A DNA stretch of 64,000 nt, from IMG/VR virus record IMGVR_UViG_3300046779_001841, positions 224,001-288,000 of that record; one strand, 5' to 3'. Made by a program: the position numbers and the translations under genes. Origin of the DNA: a virus (taxonomy: Duplodnaviria > Caudoviricetes). A model generated the notes under the pieces. That model was not told where the DNA came from. It saw nothing but the letters and a program-made list of their open reading frames with translations, and searched no databases. This document shows positions 39,391-48,597 of this stretch, in pieces (the stretch's first letter is position 1; each line of letters starts with the position of its first letter).

Positions 39391-40441
39391 CACCACGATT
39401 TTCACCATAGGTATATCCAATATTCTTAACACCTGTATATTGTTTAATTCTATTTAGTAATCCAAGTAATGGTTCTACATTATCATCATTCCAAAAATCT
39501 GTAATTTCCCAATAGTCCCTTAGTGTCTTGATCTTTAAAACACCTACTTGCAATGGTATATCTGTTTTTGTAATGATCAAAGTATCTACACCATTTACTT
39601 GAATGGCTTCTCTTAAACCATCTAAATCAAGCCAACCTATCTTTCTAGGTCTACCTGTAGTTGCACCATATTCTTTTCCTATCGTCCTATATTTTTCTGA
39701 TAGTTCTTCATCCAATTCTTCAAAATCACCAGTGCCTACTTTTGTTTCATAAATTTTAGCTACACCTATCACTTCATCTACTTGTTTATGATTTAAACGA
39801 GTAGAATAAAAAACTGCACCTATCGTTGTACATGATGATGTTACATTTGGATATTCTTCACCCCAAATATCAAGACGATAACCTTGACAACCTTCAAGAA
39901 TAACATTTCTACCATAAGAAACCATATCTCTAAGAAATCCTTCTGCATCACCTACATAAGATTTTAAAATTTGTGCTTCTTCTAAATAAGAAAACTTTTC
40001 CATCCATGTATACAGATTGAAATTATCTCTTGCGATAAAATCTTTAAGTGCGGGTCCGATACCTTTTGCAGTAGTTCCTAACCTATGCTGGTATTTAAGT
40101 TTATCTTCATCTATATGCCAAGACATGACAACAGGACAATAATTAGATACTAGCAATGTACTTGGTTGTACATTAAACTCTTTGATTTCTTTTACAAGTT
40201 GAACAGGATCTACAATAGTTGCTCTTGTAATCACATTTACTGCATCTGGAGTTAAGACACCACTTGGCAATAAATGAACAACAGATTTATTGCCATTTTG
40301 ATCATATATCGTATGACCAGCATTTGCACCACCTTGATACCTAACAACAACTGGAGTTTGTGTATTTTGACAAAGATCATCTACAACACGACCTTTACCT
40401 TCATCACCATTTTGTAATCCAAGAATAACTTTGACTGACAT
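39371..40441 (-). CDS. purA: Adenylosuccinate synthetase (short form)
   Basis: GDEGKG, GGANAGHT, HLLPSG, GTTAKGIGP, EGCQG, YPNVTSS, EYGATTGRPRKIGWLD, TKTD. Confidence 0.92.
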   Translation of the reverse strand: MSVKVILGLQNGDEGKGRVVDDLCQNTQTPVVVRYQGGANAGHTIYDQNGNKSVVHLLPSGVLTPDAVNVITRATIVDPVQLVKEIKEFNVQPSTLLVSNYCPVVMSWHIDEDKLKYQHRLGTTAKGIGPALKDFIARDNFNLYTWMEKFSYLEEAQILKSYVGDAEGFLRDMVSYGRNVILEGCQGYRLDIWGEEYPNVTSSCTTIGAVFYSTRLNHKQVDEVIGVAKIYETKVGTGDFEELDEELSEKYRTIGKEYGATTGRPRKIGWLDLDGLREAIQVNGVDTLIITKTDIPLQVGVLKIKTLRDYWEITDFWNDDNVEPLLGLLNRIKQYTGVKNIGYTYGENRGAIKLSF

Positions 40442-40557
40442 AAAACCTCACTCAGAAAATAGAATTTGAATGATTATACAATAGAGATAGATCAATAATT
40501 GATTTATTTTAAAACACTTCTTAAATGATCTGTAAACCTTTAAAAAGGAAAAATAAA

Positions 40558-41004
40558 ATGAGAAAACAAAGTTTGTTTCGTGAAAAAATGGATCTTAGTA
40601 ATGTTAGCAAAATACTCACTAAAGATGTTGAACTCTTAGAAGAAATTTATACTACATATTTAGATATTGAAAAATATCTAAATATTGATGTTTTGACGGT
40701 GGCACAAGATAAATTAGAAGATGCGATAAAACTACTTTCACAATCGAATAGATTGGCAAGTTTAAAAACAAGATTGGCTTTTATTGAAACTTTCATGAAA
40801 TTGAAAACACACTATGATATATATAGTAATCTTGGTAGTCTTAAAAATATCGTCAATGATTGTATCACTGCACGAAATTTCTATTATAATAGCACCAATC
40901 CAAAAGAAAAAGAAGCCAGCAAGAAATTACAACAAGTGATTACTCTTTTGATGGACTTCTCTGAAGATTTAAAAGAAGTTAAAAAGTCTATTCCTTTAAT
41001 TTAA
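40558..41004 (+). CDS. Hypothetical protein, putative head-internal
   Basis: MRKQSL start; RLASLKTRLA. Confidence 0.6.
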   Translation: MRKQSLFREKMDLSNVSKILTKDVELLEEIYTTYLDIEKYLNIDVLTVAQDKLEDAIKLLSQSNRLASLKTRLAFIETFMKLKTHYDIYSNLGSLKNIVNDCITARNFYYNSTNPKEKEASKKLQQVITLLMDFSEDLKEVKKSIPLI

Positions 41005-41292
41005 ATATAATTCACCTTTATGTGTCAATATCCAGCCACTCACTGCTATGGCAACTAAACCTTCTTCTCTTAAACTTTGTAAAAGTTCTACAAGATTTAA
41101 TTGATGCTTATTTTCTTCCATGAGAACTCTTATATCCATTGGTTCATCAATAGATAACATACTCAAAACACTTTTGATTGTTTCTGTATTAAACATCTCA
41201 TGGTATCTTGATCTCTTTTTTTCTTGCATCATTTCATGAAAATAAAAATTAATCATTCTCTTTTTCACTTTCTTCTTGCATTGCAAGTTCAT
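40996..41292 (-). CDS. Winged-helix-like small protein
   Basis: LLQSLREEGLV...GWILTHKGELYL; true start probably MINFYF. Confidence 0.5.
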   Translation of the reverse strand: MNLQCKKKVKKRMINFYFHEMMQEKKRSRYHEMFNTETIKSVLSMLSIDEPMDIRVLMEENKHQLNLVELLQSLREEGLVAIAVSGWILTHKGELYLN

Positions 41293-41389
41293 TCAAAATG
41301 GCTTGTTTTTCTTCTTCTGTAATTCCACTTTCACTATAAAATTCTTCACAAGTGATTTGTGATAAGAAATCATCAAAGTAGTTATTCAT
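41249..41389 (-). CDS. 46-aa acidic peptide with FDDFLSQITCEEFY motif
   Basis: Paralog of 33110..33280; ATG at 41389. Confidence 0.7.
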   Translation of the reverse strand: MNNYFDDFLSQITCEEFYSESGITEEEKQAILNELAMQEESEKEND

Positions 41390-41390
41390 A

Positions 41391-41588
41391 TTATCTATTT
41401 CCTTTCTTTTCAAAGAGTGCTGAAATTGTTTTGTCATCCCAAGCATCTGCAAATCTATTTTTAGATACTGGCTTTATGCCATATGCTAAAAGGTCTTGGT
41501 CTTTAAAACTCAATGCTCTTTTACTAGCAGTGGTTCTAGGTGTTTTCATGATTTTGCCAGCAGGCACATTTCTTAATGTTCTTGACAT
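41391..41588 (-). CDS. Small basic hypothetical protein
   Basis: Follows promoter element. Confidence 0.6.
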   Translation of the reverse strand: MSRTLRNVPAGKIMKTPRTTASKRALSFKDQDLLAYGIKPVSKNRFADAWDDKTISALFEKKGNR

Positions 41589-41601
41589 TTTTTTTCCTTT
41601 C

Positions 41602-41649
41602 TCATGTCTTACATATCTATAACACTTATCGTTTAGCTATCTTTGCAAC
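41602..41649 (-). promoter_or_regulatory. Conserved promoter-like element, copy 5
   Basis: Matches consensus. Confidence 0.75.
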
Positions 41650-41681
41650 CAACATGAAAAAAATTTTTATTTAGTGATGGA

Positions 41682-42035
41682 TTATTCATCATCATCTTCT
41701 TCTTCTAGTGCTTTTAAAATGATCAATTCATCTTTTCCATATTGCACACCATTTTTAAGCCAATCATATATGGATTCTTCTAATTCTTCACCGTCCTTTG
41801 AGAACACATCATTACCTTCTAAGACTACCTCACCAGATCTTCTTCCACATCTTGTTATTTCAAGATCAGTGTGAATTTCAGTGTCTTTTACTTTTAAAGT
41901 AAAAGACACTTCAATGTACTCACATTCAACATTTACACTGAGCATTAAGTGAATAAGATTCTCACTCCACTGAGAATCGACTACTCTCCATTCAACATTA
42001 CTACCAATTAATTTTTTTAGTTTATTCATATTCAT
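41682..42035 (-). CDS. Hypothetical acidic protein
   Basis: Leader AAGGATTAACACCT shared with 42919. Confidence 0.65.
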   Translation of the reverse strand: MNMNKLKKLIGSNVEWRVVDSQWSENLIHLMLSVNVECEYIEVSFTLKVKDTEIHTDLEITRCGRRSGEVVLEGNDVFSKDGEELEESIYDWLKNGVQYGKDELIILKALEEEDDDE

Positions 42036-42052
42036 AGGTGTTAATCCTTGTT

Positions 42053-42919
42053 TTAGTGGTGGATGATCTCAAGTTTTGTCAATTCAAAATTTTTGAGTAA
42101 ACTATCATAATTATCAATGTAAGGATTGCTAGAATGTTTTTTGAACAAATCATAAAAAACATGAACATTTTCATATGTTTTTGTCAAAAGATAATAGCTA
42201 CTTTTGATTTGATAAAAGTCAAAAGTAGTGTTGCTTTCAAGATCAATGTCAAACTTTTTCAATAACTCATTATGAGTGTTATAATGCAATCTATTCTTTT
42301 TGTTTGCATTCTCAAAATCTTTAAGAGTTTTCTGTTTCTCAACACTATTCAAAAAAGTATCTCTCATATCATTAATAATCTTCATCTGACTATCAAGGTC
42401 ATTTTTCAAGATACTTGGCATATACTTGAGAAATGAATCAAAATCCTTAATTTTACCATCAGAGATTTGTTTAAAATCATCTGTATTGAAAATTTCATTA
42501 TCTAATGATTTGATACTAATTAGATCACTATCCATATCTAAGTCTTCATAAAGACATTCATTAAATGGATAATCTATTGAAACTAGAACATCACCATTGA
42601 GTATTGTTTGCATTTTTCCAAAGTGTAGATCAACAGCATAATTAATACCTAAATCATGAGAGATGCAAATTGAAACATCATCTGAGAGATGAAATTCCAT
42701 ACCATATTCACCTTTTTCATCATCACAAATTTTATTTTTTGTGTTTTCAACAGAAAGAAATACATTTTTTACCATTTGATAGTATGCTTCTTTTACTTTA
42801 TCATGATAATTGTTAAAAGTCATAGTGGTATCCTCTTGTGTTTGAAAATCACTCATTGAAAGATCTAAGTTTTTCAAATCTGATAAACTTACTTGTGTTT
42901 TTCTTACTTCTTTTTTCAT
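42053..42919 (-). CDS. Hypothetical protein
   Basis: 288-aa ORF after promoter element. Confidence 0.7.
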   Translation of the reverse strand: MKKEVRKTQVSLSDLKNLDLSMSDFQTQEDTTMTFNNYHDKVKEAYYQMVKNVFLSVENTKNKICDDEKGEYGMEFHLSDDVSICISHDLGINYAVDLHFGKMQTILNGDVLVSIDYPFNECLYEDLDMDSDLISIKSLDNEIFNTDDFKQISDGKIKDFDSFLKYMPSILKNDLDSQMKIINDMRDTFLNSVEKQKTLKDFENANKKNRLHYNTHNELLKKFDIDLESNTTFDFYQIKSSYYLLTKTYENVHVFYDLFKKHSSNPYIDNYDSLLKNFELTKLEIIHH

Positions 42920-42946
42920 AGGTGTTAATCCTTTGTTTTTGGGTTA

Positions 42947-42994
42947 TCGTTATCGACTTAACAATAACACTTGTTGATTTGCTATCTTTGCAAC
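42947..42994 (-). promoter_or_regulatory. Conserved promoter-like element, copy 6
   Basis: Matches consensus. Confidence 0.75.
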
Positions 42995-43018
42995 AGAAAT
43001 GAAAATTTCAATAAAGTT

Positions 43019-43417
43019 TTATTTAGTGGTGGTTGTAGTTTTTTTAGGTAACCAAGATTCTAGTTTCTTCTGAATTGTTAAACAGTCTGCTTCTGTTTTT
43101 AATACTATAACATGATCTTCAATAGGCTTATTACCACCCATGAGAAATGAATTAAGAGAATATGCTTCAAATTTAACATGAGCATATTCATTTTTATTAC
43201 ATGAATATCTTCTATCAGGTAAGTAGATAGATATTTCATATTTATTATTGTTTAAAAGACTACTCAAGTAGTATTCTTTTCTTGTATAATCCCAACCATA
43301 TTCCTTAGTAGCTTCTACTACTTTTTCAATTTCAGTGGCACTATTTTGGATAGATGGTTCAATCCAATTTTTTCCAATCAAGGTAGCATAGTTTTTTAAA
43401 GTAATATCCATATCCAT
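43019..43417 (-). CDS. Hypothetical protein
   Basis: True start MDMDITL at 43417, because the track start runs through the promoter element. Confidence 0.65.
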   Translation of the reverse strand: MDMDITLKNYATLIGKNWIEPSIQNSATEIEKVVEATKEYGWDYTRKEYYLSSLLNNNKYEISIYLPDRRYSCNKNEYAHVKFEAYSLNSFLMGGNKPIEDHVIVLKTEADCLTIQKKLESWLPKKTTTTTK

Positions 43418-43443
43418 AACTTTTTTCCTTTGTTTTTTGTTTA

Positions 43444-43491
43444 TCGTTATCGACATATATATAACACTTCTCATTATGCTACCTTTGCAAC
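43444..43491 (-). promoter_or_regulatory. Conserved promoter-like element, copy 7
   Basis: Matches consensus. Confidence 0.8.
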
Positions 43492-43494
43492 ACA

Positions 43495-44196
43495 ATGGAT
43501 TTTTTTATGAAAATTTTAGGTATCAGCACAACTACTCATGCACCTGTTCCAGAACATCCAGAACCATCTGCATCTTTTGAAACATTAAAGATCTTATTAG
43601 ATATGCTAAAGGGATTTGGACATGATACATCTTTTATAGATGCCAATAAATTGCATATCATTAAAAACCTATCTTGCTATTCTACAGATAAAAAGAATTG
43701 TGGATCTAAAGATGCAGGTAAATATAGATGCTGGGCTACTCATCTTTCTCATGAAAATCCAGATGAATATGGTGGCAAAGATGAAATGACATATATATAT
43801 GATGGTATCGAGTGGGCAGATGTTATTATCTTTTCTACATCTGTTCGCTGGATGAACCATAGTGCATTATTCCAAACAATTATTGAAAGACTTAATGTTA
43901 TTGAAAATGTTCATAGTGTCTATGAAGAACCAAATTCTGTTTCTAATAAAAAAGTAGGCTTTATTGTGATTGGACAACATTATCAATCGCAACAGGTATC
44001 TAGTCACTTAATAGAAGTCTTTAGTCAATTAGGTTTCATTACAGATAGTAGAGATGGTTCTTTTACATGGCAAAGAACACTCAATAGAAATTTAGAACAA
44101 GATGGTAGCAATAGACCACATATAATATCATATCTTGCGACTTCTGAAGGTACAGATCAGCTTAACAATTTTATTAATTGGATTGAAAGCATTTAA
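43495..44196 (+). CDS. Flavodoxin-like NAD(P)H-dependent FMN reductase family
   Basis: MKILGISTT...CYS...C...C...WADVIIFSTSVRW...IIERL...KVGFIVIG. Confidence 0.7.
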   Translation: MDFFMKILGISTTTHAPVPEHPEPSASFETLKILLDMLKGFGHDTSFIDANKLHIIKNLSCYSTDKKNCGSKDAGKYRCWATHLSHENPDEYGGKDEMTYIYDGIEWADVIIFSTSVRWMNHSALFQTIIERLNVIENVHSVYEEPNSVSNKKVGFIVIGQHYQSQQVSSHLIEVFSQLGFITDSRDGSFTWQRTLNRNLEQDGSNRPHIISYLATSEGTDQLNNFINWIESI

Positions 44197-44324
44197 ACAT
44201 ATTTGTGATATACATATTGTGCATAGACAAATACAGGCACCAGTATATATGGATTATCATACATCCATATAAGAGTTATAGTTAGCAAGATAAGACATAA
44301 GATGATATGAAAATAATTATTCAT
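44193..44324 (-). CDS. 43-aa hydrophobic peptide (not in track)
   Basis: MNNYFHIILCLILLTITLIWMYDNPYILVPVFVYAQYVYHKYV. Confidence 0.4.
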   Translation of the reverse strand: MNNYFHIILCLILLTITLIWMYDNPYILVPVFVYAQYVYHKYV

Positions 44325-44335
44325 TTTTTGAACCT

Positions 44336-44384
44336 ATTGCAAAGATAGCTTATCCACAAGTGTTATTTATATGTCAATAATGAC
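44336..44384 (+). promoter_or_regulatory. Conserved promoter-like element, copy 8
   Basis: Matches consensus (A instead of G at position 1). Confidence 0.8.
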
Positions 44385-44404
44385 TTAACACAAAGGAAAA
44401 GAAA

Positions 44405-44692
44405 ATGGAAAATTTAATTCAAGCACTCAAAAACAGATTTAACAATAGTGAAGTCAATATCAATGGTAAAACCATTGAATTGGTGATGGATAATTTTCTT
44501 GCTAAGATTGAGATATATCAAGAAGAAGATGAATATGAATATCATTATAGTACTTATAATGTGATTTGGTTTTTTGATTGGAATAAAAAGAAAGGTTTTC
44601 TTAGACCTATAAGTGAAAAAGATTTTGAAGCATCAATACCTAATCTTTTAGCTAGTCTTAGTTCTGATTATTATGAATCTCAAGAAGATTAA
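44405..44692 (+). CDS. Hypothetical protein
   Basis: Follows promoter element. Confidence 0.65.
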   Translation: MENLIQALKNRFNNSEVNINGKTIELVMDNFLAKIEIYQEEDEYEYHYSTYNVIWFFDWNKKKGFLRPISEKDFEASIPNLLASLSSDYYESQED

Positions 44693-44829
44693 ATTACATT
44701 CTTATGATAAATGATTTCTTTCTTCACTTGTGGTTTAGGTTTTGAATAATGTGCAAAAATAAGACTGGCAACAATAAGAATGATCGCAGTGTAATTCGCA
44801 TACTTTGAAATTTGACTATTTGATAACAT
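44689..44829 (-). CDS. 46-aa membrane peptide (not in track)
   Basis: MLSNSQISKYANYTAIILIVASLIFAHYSKPKPQVKKEIIYHKNVI. Confidence 0.4.
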   Translation of the reverse strand: MLSNSQISKYANYTAIILIVASLIFAHYSKPKPQVKKEIIYHKNVI

Positions 44830-44896
44830 AATTCATGTCCTTGTTGTGAGAAAGAGATACATATATGTATATCATGGGTATTTTCGCTATGCAATT

Positions 44897-45373
44897 TTAA
44901 TCCTTAATAAAACCCCACTGATTACTATTTCTCGAATATCTAGCACGATAACCTAAGCGTCCAACACCTAATTTCAAATGACTAAAAAAAGTCTTATATA
45001 AATCTTCTTTAGGTATTGGATCTAAACTTTTCTTTCCATAAAAGAATGGAATTTTAGGATTATACTTTTCTGTTTCTACTAATACAGAATCTGCATCTTT
45101 TTTTAAAAGGTATGTTGTTCTCAAATTCGTTTCTAAATTCAAAACAACAACATAAAGATCATTATCCTTTAATCCAACAGAGAAAAGGATTGTTGCTTTT
45201 GTTTCAGAACCTATTTGAATTTGGCAACCAGTCAAACTTTGACTGAAAGAAACACCAAGATCTGGTTTTTTATAATTAGTACCATACCAACCAGATTTAA
45301 TATTAGCTACTTGTTCGCCAAGTCGAACACACTCATAACTTGTATTTATACCATTTCTAAAGACTTGAAACAT
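44897..45373 (-). CDS. Hypothetical protein
   Basis: 158-aa ORF, AAGGA RBS. Confidence 0.6.
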   Translation of the reverse strand: MFQVFRNGINTSYECVRLGEQVANIKSGWYGTNYKKPDLGVSFSQSLTGCQIQIGSETKATILFSVGLKDNDLYVVVLNLETNLRTTYLLKKDADSVLVETEKYNPKIPFFYGKKSLDPIPKEDLYKTFFSHLKLGVGRLGYRARYSRNSNQWGFIKD

Positions 45374-45436
45374 TTGAAAATATCCTTTCTGAAATATATA
45401 GATATACTTATAATATTTAAGAAAGAATTTACATTA

Positions 45437-45817
45437 TTAAAACAAAGAAATGATATAAGGCTTTACAAATTTTAGCATTAAACTCGAACCTATACCTGCA
45501 CCGACTGCTTGACTTAATCCAATCACTATTCTTTGTTTATTATTCTCTGCATTAACAAAAAGAAAAGACATACACAACCATGTAATTTGACTTGAAAACC
45601 CAGTGACCATTTGAGTATAAAACCAATCATGGGTCATTGCATAATTATCCAGCGAACTGATAAGATCTCCAATCAATACAATAAACATAGATAAGAAGAT
45701 TGTTCTGTAAATGATTAGCTTATTTCTTCCACTAAACTTTTCAAAATCTTTTTCAATCTTCTCTTGTTTTTCAAGATAAGAATTAACCCAATGTTCTTGT
45801 AAATCATCATTAGACAT
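45437..45817 (-). CDS. Membrane protein (about 3 TM helices)
   Basis: Hydrophobic segments. Confidence 0.6.
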   Translation of the reverse strand: MSNDDLQEHWVNSYLEKQEKIEKDFEKFSGRNKLIIYRTIFLSMFIVLIGDLISSLDNYAMTHDWFYTQMVTGFSSQITWLCMSFLFVNAENNKQRIVIGLSQAVGAGIGSSLMLKFVKPYIISLF

Positions 45818-45880
45818 TCTGTATCCTTTGTAAAATAAACACTATCTAAATAAAGATTTCACAATTCCATTTGTTAGATT

Positions 45881-45969
45881 TGAGATTTTAAATATCTATG
45901 CAGGATTTAAACCTGCATCACCTAAATTGGCATTTTTACAACTTAAAATAAAAGATACTTAAAATCTCA
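45881..45969 (-). ncRNA. tRNA-like small RNA candidate
   Basis: 17-bp terminal stem with one G-U on the minus strand, T-arm-like ATGCAGG-TTTAAAT-CCTGCAT abutting the 3' strand; TTGAAA-N18-TATAAG upstream. Confidence 0.45.
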
Positions 45970-45986
45970 TGTGGTTCTAACACTTT

Positions 45987-46016
45987 CTTTATACAAGAAA
46001 TCTCAAACTCTTTTCA
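45987..46016 (-). promoter_or_regulatory. sigma70-like promoter
   Basis: TTGAAA-N18-TATAAG on the minus strand. Confidence 0.45.
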
Positions 46017-46059
46017 ATTTTTTTTATATATATTCTGTGTTATAAAAAAGGAGTTTATT

Positions 46060-46548
46060 ATGTTCGATAAAGAAGAAATGGCAATTCGCATAGCGAGTGT
46101 CTATATAGCTAAAGAGAAAGATAAAGGTTTGCCTAAAAAATATCTATCTGGACTTAAAGGCAAAGATCGTAAAAAAAGAGTAAATGAAATAGATAAAAGA
46201 AAAAAAGAAACAGATCCAAAGAAAAAATTTAAACCTTTCAAATCAGACAAAGATGAGAAGACTACTAAAAGCCAGTATTCTAAAACAGATATTGCTAAAA
46301 AGATAAGAGAAAAATTAGATGGTCAAGGTAAAGATGCTTTTATTGAAGCATCATCTAAAGCATCTGGTGTTTCTAAATCTATATTAAGTGAAGTCTATGC
46401 AAGAGGTGCGGCCGCTTGGGCTACAGGTCATAGACCAGGTGCTACACAACATCAATGGTCGATTGCAAGAGTATATAGTTTTTTAAGTGGTGGTAAAACA
46501 CAATCTACTGCAGATAAAGATTTAGCTGAGAAAGCTGGTTTGATCTAA
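46060..46548 (+). CDS. DUF5824-like protein
   Basis: KASGVSKSILSEVYARGAAAWATGHRPGATQHQWSIARVYSF; N-terminal AIRIASVY. Confidence 0.6.
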   Translation: MFDKEEMAIRIASVYIAKEKDKGLPKKYLSGLKGKDRKKRVNEIDKRKKETDPKKKFKPFKSDKDEKTTKSQYSKTDIAKKIREKLDGQGKDAFIEASSKASGVSKSILSEVYARGAAAWATGHRPGATQHQWSIARVYSFLSGGKTQSTADKDLAEKAGLI

Positions 46549-46609
46549 CCTAGATTTCTTTTTTATTTATTCTCAAATTCTTTGTATTATTCTTTTAAAA
46601 ATTTTATTA

Positions 46610-47431
46610 ATGAAAGGTATAAAAATGGATTTGAGAGATAATTTTAAAAGCAAATGTCCTGTTCGATACAATACAGATGGTACTCATTGGTATTGTAAAA
46701 GACAACTTAGTGAAAAACAAGAGATCGAAAGTAAAACCTGTAATTATTCAAGATGCCCTGGCAGAGAATTGACGGCTGAAGAAGAAACAGAACGATTACT
46801 TCAAATCGAATCTAAAATGAAAGACACTAAAACAGAAAGTAAGAGAGATCCTATGGATGCACTTATTAGAAGAATGAAAAGAGAACTTGAGCGAATTGAA
46901 GCTGAAGAACTTAATTTTAAAAAGTGTGATATTAAAGTAAATGATAATAATAAATGGTTTTGTAAAAAGAACATGGATAGTCCTTTACCTATGACTGATA
47001 AAGAATGTTATCGTGATTCTTGTCCTGGTCGTAAATTGACTTATGAAGAAGAAACTGAAGAAACTCGTAGAAAAGAAAATGTTCAAAAAGAATTAAATGC
47101 TTTGGAAAAGAAAGCAGTAAAGAAGAACACTAAAAAGAAACCAATCGATATTGTAGAAGAAAAACTTATCGTAGAAACCACACCTATTATAGTAGAAACA
47201 CCTATTGTAGTAGAAACACCTATTGTAGAAATCGCACCTGTTATTGTAGAAACACCTAAAACAGAAGTTATCTTAAAAAAGTGTGAATGGCATATTTGTC
47301 CAAATTATTTTGAAAGTGGTGGTAAAAAAGAAAAGTTTTGTTGCGAAAAGTGTAGACGAAAAGACAATAGATTAAAATCAAGAAGAAGATGTGCTTTAAG
47401 AAAGAAAGAGAGTCTTGCCAAAGGATTGTAA
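46610..47431 (+). CDS. Cys-rich multi zinc-finger protein
   Basis: Two C..W[YF]CK..C...CPGR.LT.EEE repeats, VETP linker, C-terminal CEWHIC..FCCEKC. Confidence 0.65.
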   Translation: MKGIKMDLRDNFKSKCPVRYNTDGTHWYCKRQLSEKQEIESKTCNYSRCPGRELTAEEETERLLQIESKMKDTKTESKRDPMDALIRRMKRELERIEAEELNFKKCDIKVNDNNKWFCKKNMDSPLPMTDKECYRDSCPGRKLTYEEETEETRRKENVQKELNALEKKAVKKNTKKKPIDIVEEKLIVETTPIIVETPIVVETPIVEIAPVIVETPKTEVILKKCEWHICPNYFESGGKKEKFCCEKCRRKDNRLKSRRRCALRKKESLAKGL

Positions 47432-48454
47432 TTTCTTGGTCATTTTTTCTAAATGAAATCTTAATTGTCTTTCTGGAATACCAATAGATTTAGACCATAC
47501 AGTTACACTTGGATAAGTTTGATATAGCTTATCTAAATATAATTGATTATAAAATTCATAACCATCTGGAAATTTCATTTTTAAACATTCAAGGACTTTC
47601 TCATTTAGGTATTTTTCTCTAATGCTTAAATCAAAATCTTCTTCTTCTTCATTAAACATATCTAAAACTTCACCTGTTTCATCTTTGATTTCTTTTGCCA
47701 CTACTTTAGCTTCAAAGACTTGTTCAATTCCTAAACTTCTCTTCATTAATTGTGCTTGTGTTCTTGCACCTTCTTTTTCTCTTGATAAAGCATCTTTGCC
47801 AGCTTTATGACCTAATCTAATTAACCATTGTGTAAAATGATGCCAAATTGCACCAACTTTAATAGTATTTTCTTTCTCTAAGACTGGTCTTAGATGGTCT
47901 ACTTCTACCATCCATACCATAAAATCTCTTACTCTATCTACATGATCTGCAACTGCTATTTTAAAATAGGTAGCATTTTTTAAATTCTTGGTTAATTCAA
48001 TCTGCAATTTTTCAAATCTATTATGTGCAGGATGGAAAATCCATTGTTCTGTTAAATTCACATCATTTACTTTTTTAGTAAATTTTGGTCTTGCTTTGAC
48101 AATAGGTTCTTCTTTTTTAGGCATCATCTCTTCTTCAATTCTTTCAAGAAGAGCATTTTTTCTTGCTTCTATTAAAGAATAATAATGATCTAATACATCT
48201 TGTTTAGATACAGATTGCCTTTGTATGCTATTTTGTCCAATCCATTCATTATAATGGTCTAAGACATCTTGAGATGAAACACTTTTTCTTTGTATGCTAG
48301 ACCATTCATTATAATGATCTAATACATCTGATGCAGTTACACATTGTCTTTGTATCTTGTTTTGTTCATTCCATTCATTATAATGATCTAACACATCTTG
48401 AGAAGATACACATTGTCTTTTAATAGGTAAAATAGTAGTATTTAGATATGACAT
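47396..48454 (-). CDS. Repeat-containing protein with C-terminal sigma-region-4-like HTH
   Basis: Four DVLDHY repeats; C-terminal WSKSIGIPERQLRFHLEKMTKKL. Confidence 0.6.
   Translation of the reverse strand: MSYLNTTILPIKRQCVSSQDVLDHYNEWNEQNKIQRQCVTASDVLDHYNEWSSIQRKSVSSQDVLDHYNEWIGQNSIQRQSVSKQDVLDHYYSLIEARKNALLERIEEEMMPKKEEPIVKARPKFTKKVNDVNLTEQWIFHPAHNRFEKLQIELTKNLKNATYFKIAVADHVDRVRDFMVWMVEVDHLRPVLEKENTIKVGAIWHHFTQWLIRLGHKAGKDALSREKEGARTQAQLMKRSLGIEQVFEAKVVAKEIKDETGEVLDMFNEEEEDFDLSIREKYLNEKVLECLKMKFPDGYEFYNQLYLDKLYQTYPSVTVWSKSIGIPERQLRFHLEKMTKKLQSFGKTLFLS
48180..48420 (-). repeat. Four in-frame 20-23-codon repeats
   Basis: QRQCVSSQDVLDHYNEW-type units. Confidence 0.85.
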
Positions 48455-48597
48455 ATAAAGTACTCCGTATGGGTTATGTTATAGATAGGCAATATGACAA
48501 GTTTTTTTCATTCAAAGGTCGTGCCTAATTTCTTTCAATAGTTTATCTATATTTTCTTTTTTTGTCAATAACATTCATTCAAATGAAAGGTAAAAAA

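Noticed and set aside
39371-40441. PurZ / 2-aminoadenine DNA system
   Set aside because: GDEGKG keeps the Asp that is Ser in PurZ; no DatZ- or MazZ-like neighbours recognised
48180-48420. CRISPR-like repeat-spacer appearance
   Set aside because: Unit lengths are multiples of 3 (69/60/69 nt), repeats vary at third codon positions, and the array lies in frame within a 352-aa ORF
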